A stretch of 64,000 bases of DNA from Squalus acanthias (lineage: Eukaryota). Positions 12,111-22,893 of the stretch are shown in pieces (within the stretch, counting starts at the first letter, position 1; every line of letters begins with the position of its first letter). Made by a program: the position numbers and the translations under genes. Location: contig CM059432.1 in assembly GCA_030390025.1 (NCBI GenBank), forward strand, positions 42,162,001-42,226,000, in the 5' to 3' direction. The notes under the pieces were generated by a model. That model was not told where the DNA came from. It saw only the letters and a program-made list of their open reading frames with translations, and searched no databases.

Positions 12111-13024
12111 AACCTTGTTTTATTTATTTACTTAATTAAGAGTTTGTGTATTTAATTAACTTAGCTTATAGTTTCGTTTTTTAACTAATTACTAGATCTA
12201 GTTTAAGTTAAAAGGTTGCTACGCAAGATAAGGGCTCATGGGGTTGGGGGTAATATACTAGCATGGATTAAGGATTGGTGAACAGATAGAAAACAGAGAG
12301 TAGGGATACAAGGGTCATTTTCAGGTTGGCAGGCTGTAACTAGTGGGATGCTGTAAGATTCAGTACTTGGGCCTCAGCTATTTACAATCTATATTAACAA
12401 CTTAGATGAAGGGACCGAGTGTAATGTATGCAAGTTTTTGCTGATGACACAAAGCTATGTGGGAAAGCAAACTGTGAGGAGGACACAAAGGGATATAGGT
12501 TAAGTGAGTGGGCAATAAGGTGGCAAGTGGAGTATAATGTGGGGAAATGTGAAGTTATTCACTTTGGTAGGAAGAATAGAAAAACAGAATAATTTTTAAA
12601 TGGTGAGAAACTATTAAATGTTGGTTTCCAAAGAGATTTAGGTGTCCTCATACAAGAAACACAGAGAGTTAGCATGCAGGTACCGCAAGCAAATAGGAAG
12701 GCAAAAGGCATTTTGGCCTTTATTGCAAGGGGGTTGGAGTTCAAGGGCTCGATTTTGCCAGTGGGGACGGGCTGGGGCGTGTCAGGTGGTCATCGTGTCA
12801 GGATCCTGACTCTGATGTGAAGTGGGACAAAAGTGTGATTTTGCCCGAATTGGGCACTTGATTTCCAGCGTGTGGAAAACCCTGGCCCAATGAGCCTTTT
12901 CATACAGAAAGTCGCCTCTGATGACATCATCAATGCTGCTGGCTTTAAGGCCTGCAAGCAGTCTTGCTTCTTTTTCAGCCTTTAAACTTTATGTCCATTG
13001 TTCTGAGTGCTTCCTTCAGCAATT

Positions 13025-14986
13025 ATGTCCACCAGTAGAACAAAGTGTGCTCCAAGATTCGATGAGGCCTCCCTCCAAGCTCTGGTGGAGGGAGCAAGAG
13101 CAAATAAGGAGGTGCTCTTCCCTTCCTCAGGGAGGAAAAAGGCTCCCCAGCAGACTAAAGCTGTGTGGCTGCAAATGGCCCAAGAGGTAAATGCAATTTC
13201 TATGTGCAGCAGAACCTGGCTACAGAGCAGGAAGAGGTTTTATGACCTTCTCCGCACAGGAAACGTAAGTATGACATTCACATCACCCTCAATCTGATCC
13301 CCATCGCCTCTCCTCACCAGCACTCTGCTTTGCCAACCTTTTCCTCCACATCCCACTTGACCCTTACATCCCTGCATCCTTACCCATTCCCTCTCTCTCT
13401 ATGGTCACATTCCATTAACTATTCGACCATGCAGCCTTCACACTCCCTATCACTGTGATGCAATGACAACAACTTACAACACACAGGGAGGGCCCTTTGT
13501 CTTTTTCTAAGCATTTATGCTATGGATTCTCTACACTCACTCCTTCATTCTCACTCAAACTCCACTTGTGTCCCTCATTGCAGTAAAAGAGAGCCCACAA
13601 TAAGAGGGAAAGAGCGAGGACAGGAGGAGGGCCACCCTCAGTAGCCCAGCTCACCACTTTGGAGGAGGCGGCCCTGGAGATCGCCGGAGTGGAGGACGAT
13701 TCACAAGTGGGGGATGGACAGACAGGGCATCACAGCAAGCTGGTGACAGAATAGTTTTGCATCTCTCTCATTGACATTGCATGAGTGACTGATAATGATT
13801 CTGATGCTCTAACAGATTGACTTATGATCATCTGCACAATTCAATGTGCATGCAACCTTGACCTCACATCTCTAACTCTTTCCTTTACTCCCCCACAGGA
13901 CCATCGAGAGCCCCCGTCCCCACTGTTCAGGAGGAACAGCCTGAGCCTCAAGACTCCTCAGAGGAAGCTGCAACCTCTGAGGGCGCAGCGTCAGCAGAAT
14001 TCAGCGCACCCAGCACCAGCGCAGGCACTCACACCTCGGTGGGACCTTCGGGTGATAGAATAGTGTTGTCACCTGGTGTATCACAGATCACAGGTGAGCA
14101 TCAGCAGATGGTGGAGACAGGGACAGCAGTGGAGAGTCCTTGTCGGAGGGCGCAAGACTCTGCCAGCTCGGCTCAGCTGCATGTTGACTCTGTGCCTCCG
14201 GGTCCATCCAGAAGGAGAGCGGTGCTGGAACTCCAGGAACAGGTGCAGGAGTCTCTGGCAGGTTTTGTCTCCAGGGTCACTGCAAGTGTTGAGTGAATGG
14301 AGGAGTCCATCGCGAACATAAGCAGAGCCTTTGTGGAGGCATTGGCGCATGAACGCATCACCATGGAAAGGATGGCAACCTCTGTGGAAAGGATGGCTAC
14401 CTCCGTGGTAAGGCTGGCTACCATAGAGGAGAGGATGGCTACGGTAGAGGAGAGGATGGCAATGGCCATGGAGGAGCTTAGTCGCCAGGGTATTGAAAAC
14501 ATGGTCATTGTTCAGAATAGACTGACTTCTCTTGAGCATAGAAACCAGACCTTCATGGAAGTCCTCTGGAGTAGGACTTCCAGTGCAGAAATGGGTCCTT
14601 ATGGCACCCATGAAGTGCAGCAAGGTGCTGTCAAGCCACTTGCTAGCTCTGAAGTGGGGCTGACCCATGAGAGGGATGTTAGTGGCAGACAACAAGGAAG
14701 TGGGGGCTCCTCTCCAAGCGCTCACATGACCATGCCACTGCAAAGCCCTTGTTCAGAGCCCCACCAGAGTCTTCACCCAACTGAGATGGGCGTCTCAGCC
14801 CCTGCACAGCCGCAGGAGCAGCAGACTGTTGCCGAGCCCTCACAGGTTCGCAACCCCAGAGGATGGCCGCCAAAGGTGTCGAGACAGGAGCAGTAAGAAA
14901 GTGAGCAAGGGGCCTCCACATCTGCTGAAGCCACAGGGAAAGCACCACGTAGGAGCACGCATAAGAGGAAGATAAAGCACAAGTAG
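13025..14986 (+). pseudogene. Harbinger Myb/SANT-like DNA-binding plus coiled-coil protein, 3 exons (13025-13264, 13584-~13742, 13899-14986), disrupted
   Basis: APRFDEASLQALVEG..AVWLQMAQEVNA..RTWLQSRKRFYDL; donor GTAAGT at 13265; acceptor TTGCAG; exon 2 KRAHNKRERARTGGGPP; heptad repeats MERMATS/VERMATS. Stops at 13584, 14294 and 14894. Confidence 0.85.
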
Positions 14987-15244
14987 TCACAAGGGTAGTC
15001 ATTTGGGTGTTCTGTTGTATTGATTTTTGACAAGCCATCCTTGAATTGTTATGATAAACAGATTTGATGGCAAACTGTTGAAGTTGTGGCCTGTGTCATT
15101 TCGCAAATGGAACTTCCACATTGAGGGCTTAGGGTGACTTGCATTTGTCAGTATGGTGGTCAGAGTGATAGGATTCCGTAGGTTCTTGTCCATTGTCGAT
15201 GCTCTGGTAAGAAGGTGCGAGGGAAAAGTGTTTGATTGTGCATG

Positions 15245-15467
15245 CTAAGCAAATCTGGCCAACATGAGTGCGTCCCTTGCATCCCGGGCAGCAATGTGGT
15301 CGCGCGCTGGCGCCTTCTGGCCTGTGCATCTTCAGGTGGGTGAGCAGCAGCTTGGCGCTCCTGTTGTTGTTCTGCTGTTGGTGGTGCTGTTGTTCAGGGT
15401 TCTGCTGCTGCGGCTGGTCTTCGTCTGAATCTGATGTTCAGGAGGAAAGGAAATAAATGGTTCCCAT
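15245..15467 (-). pseudogene. Harbinger transposase with internal deletion (N-terminus fused to last ~18 codons)
   Basis: MGTIYFLSS*TSDSDEDQPQQQN matches MGAIYTLSPWSSELEDDHPQQQN (48820); ARDHIAARDARDALMLARFA* matches the C-terminus at 49994-50056. Confidence 0.85.
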
Positions 15468-16224
15468 GCTTTTGGTATATACCTCAGTTGAGGAAGCGCT
15501 CAGTCAAGGTGGGGAGAGGGGTTTCCCAGGAGGTTCACACTGGAGATGGGTGTCAGGCTCCAAACTTCCACAACAATGAGTAGGCCTGCTAAAAGTTCCC
15601 CCAGACCTGAGACAACAAAGTTCTGCCACCTGCAAATGATCATTGGTGAAAACTCCTTTTTAATGGTGGAGCTGCAGCTGTTAGTAAGCAATCCACTTGT
15701 GAGGCCGCCAGGATTAACTGGCGTGTTCCAAAGGAGACGTGCAGGACGGGGGAAATGTGTTAAAATCAGAAAAGCCTCTCAAAATGGGATTATAGAGGCA
15801 ATTAATTGGTTGTTAAGGGCCTTAAGGGCCTATCCCGCCTCTTGGAGGCGGGATGGAAACGGGGTCTGAAACCACGAATGTGGGAAAATTGCTCAGAGGC
15901 GGGATGGAGGCGGGATCGGACCCACCCGCCAGTTTTTGCGATTTTGACAACTCACACGCCTCCAAACCTGCCTCCTCGAACATGGTAAAATCGAGCCCCA
16001 AGAGTAAGGAACTCTTGCTTTGGTGAGGCCACACCTGGACTACTGTGCACAGTTTTGGTCTCCTTCTCTGAGGAAGGATATATTTGCTTTAGAGGCGGTG
16101 CAAAGAAGGTTCACTAGATTAATTCCTGGGATGAGAGGGTTGTCGTATGAGGAGAGAGTGAGTAGATTGGGCCTATACTCTCTGGAGTTTAGAAGAATGA
16201 GAGGTGATCGCATTGAAACATATA

Positions 16225-17830
16225 AGCTCCAACTTAGCACAGGGCTTTGTGAAGAACTTGGAGCCCATCCTTTCAAACATGGAACGGGTGATCACCTCCA
16301 TCAGCACACCTGTGGAACCCACCATGATGCAGCGTCTGATGGCCGATGTCACAGCTTCCACTGCAGCACAAGTAGCTTCCATCAAAGGTCTGACTGCTGC
16401 ATTGAAATCTCAGACTGCTGCCTTGCAAGCTCAGACTGCTGCCATTGTAGCTATGGATACCACTGTTCAAAGGACCTTCCAGGGCACCAGAGCGGTTCAT
16501 CAAACTGTTCTCCAAATGATCAACAGGACTGGTGAAGGCGCTGCCCCGGGAGAGTGGCAGTTGCTTCATAGAGCACAAACCTGCTGTCCTCTCTCAGGAT
16601 GACAGCATTCCTGCTCCCACCCATGCCACTCGACCTTGCTGTTGCCTGTCAGCCAGCCAGCCCAGACTCCTACAGCCCAGGCCGAGATGGTGCAGTATGA
16701 AGCCGGGCCCTCTAGGCCCAGAGCTACTTGAGGTCATCCTCCAAGGCCATCTGCAGTCTCCTCAATTGAAGGTCAGCAGCCTTCCACCACCCATGCTGCA
16801 GCCACTGGGGAAGCACCTCGTAGCAACACTAGGAAAGGTAAAGGCACATGGAAGACAGGCACTAAGGGAATGCACAAGGTTGATTAGTTTCATTTGTATG
16901 TATTATTTAATGAGTGAATTTATAAAATTGGATTTGAATTTGTATTTCTTGGTGGTTTGTATTTTTATGTTGTCAGAATGAGGATGATGTGATGGTCAGA
17001 GATAGAGGAAAGGTAAGGTGTGTGGGACTGTTGGTTAATGGGGAGGTGTGGTTGAGGTTACAGGTGTTGCTCATGAATAATCTGACCATGTAGAGCCCAG
17101 GCAGATAGGGGCTGTCTACGTTATAGCCTCCCTTCCTCTTCTTGTTCCTCCACTTCCTCTTGCACTTCCTGTTCCTCCACTTCCTCTTGCACTTTGTCCT
17201 CCTCCTCCACTTTCTCTCCCTCCTCCTCCTCCATCTTCTAGCAGCTTGTCCTGCTCTGCATTGCCTCTCTTCATTCTCCCAGTCATGTTCAATTTTTGAA
17301 GGAAGCCCTACCAGGCCACCCATGTCTGGAAGCAACTTCTTTTAGCACGATATTTTCTATGTCAAAAACATACTGCAAAACCAGCCAGACCACTCCCTGT
17401 AGATGAATTAAACTTTCACCACGTATAGGAAACCTCCAAAAAAGTGTACAATTGCTCCAGCAGCCAGGAGAAATAATCCAGCAACTAACCTGTAAATACT
17501 GCATGATCCCTTTAAATAGCGCTGGTGGGGGCTCCTTCATTCTGTTTAATGTTATGTTCAGCTGAGTGAGGTTAAGTCCGTGCGTTGGCTGGATTTTGTA
17601 TCTGGAAAATGGCAGTGGTGGCTTCAAATCAGTGTTGCATACTGATTTGCGTCATGATTTCACTGCATGCTGCTGGTGATCAATAGTCGCGCGCACAAAC
17701 CCCTTTACCAAGATGGCATCCTGCGCACTTCCCGTCGGAAGAGTGCGCGCACATCTCGGACCTCATTTTTGAGTCTTAGTTGGCTGCATAGCACCTAAAA
17801 GACGTGCGCTACACGGCCCAATTTAGCCCC
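16225..17830. mobile_element. Truncated Harbinger element of another family: Myb-gene C-terminal exon (+, to ~16885), core-deleted transposase (-, 17058-17323), right terminus
   Basis: Coiled-coil-like ALKSQTAALQAQTAA peptide; C-terminal GCCACTGGGGAAGCACCTCGTAG similar to 14930 region; acidic transposase tail on minus strand; ends CCAATTTAGCCCC. Confidence 0.7.
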
Positions 17831-18359
17831 CTACAAGTTTAGGTTGGTGCACCAAAGCTAAGCTTGTGTAGTTTAAGTCAGATGTCAACGTCTGAGCTGA
17901 CTCTGAAGTGAAACAACTTAAGACTGCCTCCTTAAGGGAGTCTCACTCCACTTTGCTCCGTTGTCAGATTGGGCCCTGACACTGGATCCAAGATGCGTAA
18001 TATATATATATATATAACTGCAGCATCAGCGCTAAGCAAAACTGCTTCGCACTGCCGCTACAGATGAAGTTTAAATGCACTCTTTGAGAAATAATCAAAA
18101 GGGGTCATTCTGTAATTCAGTGCTCACAGCGAATACGTCTTCAGAAATTGTTGATGCACCAAATCACAGAAACATGCCTAAAGAGTACCAGAATGGCTCT
18201 ATGAGTAGGCATGAACCCAAGATATTTATTGAGGTCCATGTTAGCCTCATACAATCAGCATTTATTTGTATGTGCCTGACTTTTTGTTCTCTATATTAGT
18301 GAAGATTTACAATTTGCAAACTGATATATATATGCCTTCCTCCAGTTAGTTACTGAGCT

Positions 18360-19545
18360 CATATGGGCAAGTGTGAGGTCATCCATTTTGGACCTAAGAA
18401 AGATAAATCAGAGTATTTTCTAAATGGTGAAAAACTAGGAACTGGAGAATTAGGAGTCCAAGTACACAAATCATTTAAAGCTAGTAGACAGGTACAAAAA
18501 GCAATCAAAAAGACTAATGGAATCTTTGCCTTTATCTCAAGGGGGCTGGAATACAAAGGGGAGGAAGTGATGCTTCAGTTGTATAGATCCTTGGTCAGAC
18601 CCCATGTGGAGCACTGTATTCCATTTTGAACCGCACTTCAGGAAGGATATGTTGACCTTGGAGGGGATACAGCGCAGATTCACCAGAATGATATAGGGGC
18701 TTAAATGATTAAATTATGAGGCTAGATTGCATAATATTGGCTTGTATTCCCTTGAGTTTAGAAGTTTGAGGGGTGATCTAATTGAGGTGTTTAAAATTAT
18801 TAAGTGATTCAATCGGATTTGCCTGTTAAAATGAGGCCAATCACTTACCCCCTCTGATCCCGCTGTGTTCCGATCTTAACCTGCTCTTAGGAGCAGGCGA
18901 GCGGGATACCTGCAGAAAGGAAGCAGGGTCCTTCTTTAAATATGCGAATCGGGTCTAATGATGTCATCGGTACCCGATCTGCAGTTTTAGCTGAAGGCTT
19001 GAGCGAGGAAGAAGTGAAGGCTTCCTTATCAGACCAACTCTGTCGGGAGCTGAATTGTGGGCCAGAAGCGGCAGGTAAGTTTAAAACATGTTTTTCTTTT
19101 AGGTTTCCTTGTGTGCCAGGTGTTCCTTTGCCCCGGGCTACCCTGCCTCCCCCCTCATCACAACCAGAGAATTCCCTCTCAACTGACTGCCGGGGACCGT
19201 TCTCACAGGTGCCTGGCTGCAGCCTCCTTTAGCTGAATTCCCACTCTTGCCCACCAACCAGGTAGTGGGTCTGGCCGGGTTCGGGTGGGAGTTGGAGAAA
19301 ATTTATTGCAATGACGCCCGGGCCTCCACATCCCTGGACTTGCTGGTTGTGCAGTCCACTTTGGGGCTTGCACGCACCCTACCCACCCTCCCTTTATAAT
19401 CGGGCCAGAGAAACTATTTCCTCGAGTGGGGGAATCCAGAACAAGGGGGCATATCTTAAAATTAGATCTTAGCCGTTTCGGAGTGAAATCAGGAAGCACT
19501 TTTTCACACAAATCGTAGTGGAAATCTACTACTCTTTCCCCAGGT
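18360..19545 (+). mobile_element. CR1 ORF2 C-terminal fragment interrupted by MITE (~18812-19406)
   Basis: KCEVIHFG..LQLYRSLVRPHVEHC; resumes at 19407 with AGAGAAACTATTTCCTC..TTTTTCACACAAA. Confidence 0.85.
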
Positions 19546-19752
19546 TCCAAAGTTTGAAAGGACACAATACATCACCTAGTGTTATTTTTAATCTTTAATA
19601 TCGATATGGAAGACATCCCTGATTGCATTCTTTGTCAATATTTGTATGCTCAGGAGATAATGATTTATTAGAAAACTGACAAATTAAAACCATTTGCGAT
19701 CAATTTCCTTCCCTGACTTACAATTCCGGCCTCTCAGTTGTCATGACTCAAA

Positions 19753-20587
19753 GGGCTGGATTTTCATGGGGAAGATGGGTTGGGGGTGTGGGGGGTGGGT
19801 CTCCGATACAGGCGGGAAACCTGGGAGAACGGGTTTCCTGCAGGCCCTGCCGACATTAATGGCAGGGCCTGACTTGCATCTGAAGCCTCTGTTTCCCGCC
19901 CGCAGCCAGCCAGTTGGAGAGGCTGGCTGGCTGGGAGCGGGTAGGCCTGTGGCACTAGGCTGCACAGAGGAAGGAGGGTGGGATTGAGTGGGGGCCGGTG
20001 CCGGCCTCCGGAGGACTGGGGGTGGGGGGGTGGTGGAAGCAAGAGATCGGGGCCGTCGAGGGACCGGGGGAGAGGGAAGCTAGAGATCGGGGCTGTCGAG
20101 GGACCGGGGGAGAGGCAAGAGATCGGGACTGACCACCAGAGGATCGGGTCGGCCTCAGGATCATCGGTGGGGGTGGGGGGGGTTGTTCGGGAAGGCAATC
20201 GAAGGCCTCGTGAGGGGGTCTCCGACCGCGGGGGTTTGTCAGGTAGCGACCCTGGATCCAGGAGGTTAGTGTAAAGGCACTTACCTCCTGGGTGCAGCAG
20301 TCCCCACCCTGCTGTAACTGCCAGGTTTTACGAAGTGTGCAAAACCTGACCAGATGCAGTTAAAAACAAGATAGAGGTTAAAGAAGAGGCTTCCAGCCTC
20401 ATTATAATATTGAAATTGATGTCCCGCCTCCTGGGAGCGGTTTGGCTGCCCACCTCCGTCCCGCTCCCCCCTTCCCGCCTCCGTTAAAACTGGAAGTGGA
20501 CGAGTTGAGGTCGGTAGTCCGATTTTTAACAATTTAACTACCCCCACACTCCAAACCCACCTGTTTTTCCAGGTAAAAATTCCACCC
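19753..20587. mobile_element. Harbinger-type MITE (G-rich)
   Basis: AAA|GGGCTGGATTTTCATGG ... GTAAAAATTCCACCC|AAA. Confidence 0.8.
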
Positions 20588-20644
20588 AAAGTCTTACAAA
20601 TTGAAAGATGTGAACCTTTTATTTTGTATTCCGCTTATTCCACA

Positions 20645-20875
20645 ATGGAAGGCATAGTAGGCACCATGCTTTGGAATTCCCTTCCTAAACCTCATTTCCT
20701 CGCCATTTCCCTCGCCTCCTTTAAAATCTTTCTTTGACAAAACCTTTGGTCACCCTTCCTAATCTCTCCTGCTTGGCTCAAAGCCATTTTTTTCCCCCTT
20801 ATCTCTCTGTGAAGCACCTTGACACATTTTTCTACATTAAAGGCAGTATATAAATGCAAAATGTTGCTGTTGTTT
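20645..20875 (+). mobile_element. L2 3' end fragment
   Basis: TGGAATTCCCTTCCTAAACC..TGTGAAGCACCTTG..ATATAAATGCAA tail, as at 10610-10823. Confidence 0.75.
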
Positions 20876-21379
20876 TTGTCATGGTAATTCTGGAACTAAT
20901 AATGGATAGAATGCATCTAAAGTGCTGCTGTGTTATTGGTGTCAGGGCTCTGTATTATGGGGCACAGAGGCCTGAAACATATTCTGCATAGCACTGCAAT
21001 GTGACAGTGCTTGGAGCCCTTTAATGTTATTGAGGGGAATCCCCCATAATGCCACCCGGAGGCCTCAGCAGCCTCCAATAGGCTGAGCATCCAATGACCG
21101 CTACGAGCGGGGTTAGTTTCCTTCAGTTGGGTCCTTGTTGTCAAAGGTACATAGCTCTTTTTTCTGTATCTCCTAGCAACTCACTGTGTCGGTACTGTGT
21201 TGATCTTGTTGGACAAAAATAATTAGGGAAATTTCTTTGAGCCTTCACTGCAGCTATTATCTGTGATTATTTTGAAGCTATTATTGATCTAATTTCCATG
21301 CAACTATGGAGCAGCAGCAGACAGGCACATATTCACCTTAGGCCATCCATTCAAACATGTCCCTGTGTGATCATACAGG

Positions 21380-21945
21380 TGTACGGGGCCAGGCTCTTGT
21401 TTTGGACCCAAAGACATCTACCTGAGCAGATTAAGATTCCTGAAAGACATCACAGCAAGACTATGTACAAATCTGCAGTTAGACTTCAAACCCATTCGAG
21501 CACAGGGACAACTTTGTCAGTGGCTGTCAAAGTAGCTGGATTGAATATTTATGTGGTAGGCTCCTTCCAGGCAACTGTGGGAGATCTCTGTCACATCTCC
21601 CAATGTTCTGTGCATACTTACATCAAACAGATCATTGCTCCATTGTTTACAAAGCCAGTGAAGTCATCAATTTCCCTCTGTATAGGAGCCAGCAGTAAGA
21701 AAGAGCCTCCACTTCCACAGTGTGGCAGGATTCCCATAAGTGCAGTGCATAATTGATTGCACTCATATGGCCATATGTGCCCCTACCCCAATGCAGCTCA
21801 GTTAATGAATAGAAAGGAAACTACTCTTGAATGTATAGGTTTGCCTGCAACCAAAGGTACAAAATTATGCATGTCAGTGCTCATTACTGTGGCAGTGCTC
21901 ATGATTTCTTCATTCTGCACCATTCAACAATGCCAGCATTATTTG
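21380..21945 (+). pseudogene. Decayed Harbinger (HARBI1-like) transposase
   Basis: LSVAVKVAGLNIYVVGSFQATVGDLCHISQCSVHTYIKQI and GFP*VQCIIDCTH align with the 49150-49410 transposase; truncated by L2. Confidence 0.8.
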
Positions 21946-22537
21946 AACAACAACAACAACTTGTATTTATATAGCGCCTTTAACGTAATAAAACGTCCCA
22001 AGGTGCTTCACAGGAGCATTATCAAACAAAATTTGACACCGAGCCACATAAGGAGATATTAGGGCAGATGACCAAATTCTTGGTCAAAGAGTGTCTTAAA
22101 GGAGGAAAGAGAGGTAGAGAGGCGGAGGGAATTCCAGAGTTTAGGACCTTGGTAGCTGAAGGCACAGCCACCAATGGTTGAGCGATTATCAGGGATTCTG
22201 AAGAGGCCAGAATTAGAGGAGCGTAGATATCTCGGAAGGTTGTGGGGCTCTAGGAGATTACAGAGATAGGAAGGGGTGAGGCCTTGGAGGGATTTGAAAA
22301 CAAGGATGAGAATTTTGAAATCGAGACGTTTCTTAAACGGGAACCAATGTAGGTCAGCGAGCACAGGGTGATGGTGAACGGGACTTGGTGCGAGTTAGGA
22401 CACGGGCAGCAGAGTTTTGGATGACCTCGAGTTTATGGAGGGTAAAACGTGGGAGGCCGGCCAGGAGTGCATTGGAATAGTCAAGTCTAGAGGTAACAAA
22501 GGGATAGATGAGGGTTTCAGCAGCAGGTTAGCTGAAG
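21946..22537 (-). mobile_element. L2 3' portion
   Basis: LADLHWFPFKKRLDFKILILVFKSLQGLTPSYL..FSYQGPKLWNS; (AAC)n tail at 21947. Confidence 0.9.
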
Positions 22538-22554
22538 AACCAAAAGGAGTCCAG

Positions 22555-22890
22555 TTGAGAAAAGAGCCACAGCCTGTTTAGTCTTTCCTGATAAGTATAT
22601 CCTCTCAGTTCTGGTATCATCCTTATGAATCTTTTTTGCACTTTCTCCAGTGCCTCTATATCCTTTTTATAATATGGAGACCAGAACTGTGTGATCTAAC
22701 CAAGGTTCAATACAAATTTAACATAATGCCTCTGCTTTTAAATTCTATCCCACTAGAAATGAACCCCAGTGCCTAGTATGCTTTTTCTATGGCCTTATTA
22801 ACCTGGGTCGCTACTTTTAGTGATTTGAGTATCTGTACTTCTAGATCTCTTTGCTCCTCTACTACATTTAGACTCTTATTATCCAAGTTG
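22555..22890 (-). mobile_element. CR1 ORF2 fragment
   Basis: Minus strand: LYXTLVRSHTVLVS..IEALEKVQKRFIRMIP-like CR1 RT C-terminus. Confidence 0.7.
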
Positions 22891-22893
22891 TAC

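Larger units (their letters stand above)
12745..15998. mobile_element. Non-autonomous PIF/Harbinger transposon retaining the Myb gene (3254 bp)
   Basis: 16-bp TIR GGGCTCGATTTTGCCA / TGGTAAAATCGAGCCC (1 mismatch), TSD CAA (12742-44 / 15999-16001), inserted in CR1. Confidence 0.95.
12212..16227 (+). mobile_element. CR1 ORF2 RT fragment (12212-12744 + 15999-16227) split by Harbinger element
   Basis: KIRAHG..GPQLFTIYIN..ADDTKL..GLEF|KSKELL..VRPHLDYCAQFWSP; reads through across the insertion. Confidence 0.9.

Noticed and set aside
14081..14743. 220-aa minus-strand His-rich ORF
   Set aside because: Antisense shadow of the 21-bp heptad repeats in the Myb exon.
13025..14986. Host MSANTD/NAIF1/TSNARE1-type gene
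   Set aside because: Inside a TIR/TSD-bounded element and carries in-frame stops.
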